Shown piece by piece: positions 63,197-64,000 of a DNA stretch of 64,000 nucleotides (position 1 is its first letter; each line of letters opens with the position of its first letter). Location: positions 3,546 to 67,545 of the forward strand of contig CAJFVT010000101.1 in the NCBI GenBank assembly GCA_904420525.1, in the 5' to 3' direction. A model generated the notes under the pieces. The model saw only the letters and a list, made by a program, of their open reading frames with translations, was not told the origin of the DNA and searched no databases. The DNA is from an uncultured Clostridia bacterium. Lineage in GTDB: Bacteria > Bacillota > Clostridia > UBA1381. Position numbers and translations under genes: made by a program.

Positions 63197-63938
63197 TTTT
63201 TCTCCCCCGCTTTCTTTCATCTCTTATTCTTGCCTTGATCCCGCGTACCCTCTCCTTGTCCGTGTTGCTTATCCTGTATGAATCGCGCATCTTCCCGGCG
63301 GTTATCACTATTACTTCATCATTTATCCTTCCGCTTTCGAGCAGATCGAATACCTTGTCGCTGTATTTTACGGCCGCGGTAGCAAAAAGCCACCCCTGCA
63401 TCATACATACATAATAATTATCCGAATTTACTGCCGCAGCCAGCTCAAGCGCAAGATCGATATATTCGCCATCAAGATAAAAATCCATGAGTATCTTCAA
63501 ACCGAAACGCACATGCCAGGGATCCTTGCTATTCAGGAATACACCTATATCCCCTGTCATTTCACGGCGGTATTTTTTTATACCGTTAAACTTTACGGTA
63601 TCATTCACAGCCCAGCTGTTTATCCTGTCAGCAAATCGGTTCAAATCATCCAGCAGCTCCTCATATCCGCATTTCTTCGATGCCAGCACCAGCCCTTCGA
63701 TTATCCTTTCTTCACTCGTATCGCCTCTGATACATCTCAGGAAGCTGTCACTATTGCCCTTTGCAATCTCTTTTGCTATCTTTCTTATTACTGGGATCCT
63801 TATCCCTATTATGCTTTCACTCATGCCCGGCACGAGCCTTGAATGAAAATCTCTATACTCCTCATCAGCAACGGAGTACAAATACCTTCTGAACTCCTCA
63901 TAATCCTCATTTGTCCATATACCCCTGATCAATTCCAT
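63180..63938 (-). CDS. DNA alkylation repair protein (AlkD family)
   Basis: 'GIRIP.IRKIAK', 'I.SWAVND', 'W..RF', 'YYV.M..GW'; ATG 63938 with GGAGG. Confidence 0.88.
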   Translation of the reverse strand: MELIRGIWTNEDYEEFRRYLYSVADEEYRDFHSRLVPGMSESIIGIRIPVIRKIAKEIAKGNSDSFLRCIRGDTSEERIIEGLVLASKKCGYEELLDDLNRFADRINSWAVNDTVKFNGIKKYRREMTGDIGVFLNSKDPWHVRFGLKILMDFYLDGEYIDLALELAAAVNSDNYYVCMMQGWLFATAAVKYSDKVFDLLESGRINDEVIVITAGKMRDSYRISNTDKERVRGIKARIRDERKRGRKNAEKQ

Positions 63939-64000
63939 TTCTGCCGCCGCCTCCCAAACACACCGGTCCCATGACCGGAAAATATCTTTATCCAACTATC

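Noticed and set aside
63929..64000. 3' end of an upstream minus-strand CDS
   Set aside because: Only about 23 codons are visible; frame and identity cannot be established

Overview
A 64-kb chromosomal segment from a Clostridia-type (Firmicutes) anaerobe, inferred from SigA promoters, SLH and stalk-domain surface proteins, and gene order. It is mostly housekeeping genes and transporters. Metabolic genes: a CoA-activase fusion, LDH-like dehydrogenase plus malic enzyme, icd, folD, purF variant and a GH13. Cell-cycle, replication and translation genes: ygiQ-family radical SAM, ftsK, ctpA, cdaR, tcdA, ftsH, tilS, dnaB, rplI and gdpP. Transporters: ABC, MATE, ZIP and CopA. The window ends with an alkD-WYL-corrinoid activator cluster. 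I saw no rRNA, tRNA, CRISPR array, integrase or transposase. Most notable: (1) two unannotated paralogous 55/58-aa microproteins flanking a MarR gene under one strong promoter (38.7-39.9 kb); (2) a ~410-bp nested-palindrome element between cdaR and ctpA; (3) a promoter copy/inverted-copy hairpin at 881-1006; (4) an 'LDH' carrying the malate-specific Arg beside malic enzyme; (5) a PurF without its catalytic Cys and an SGNH protein without its catalytic Ser/His; (6) the translationally coupled alkD-WYL-RACo-like fusion. All product calls come from motif recognition by eye; no database search was run.
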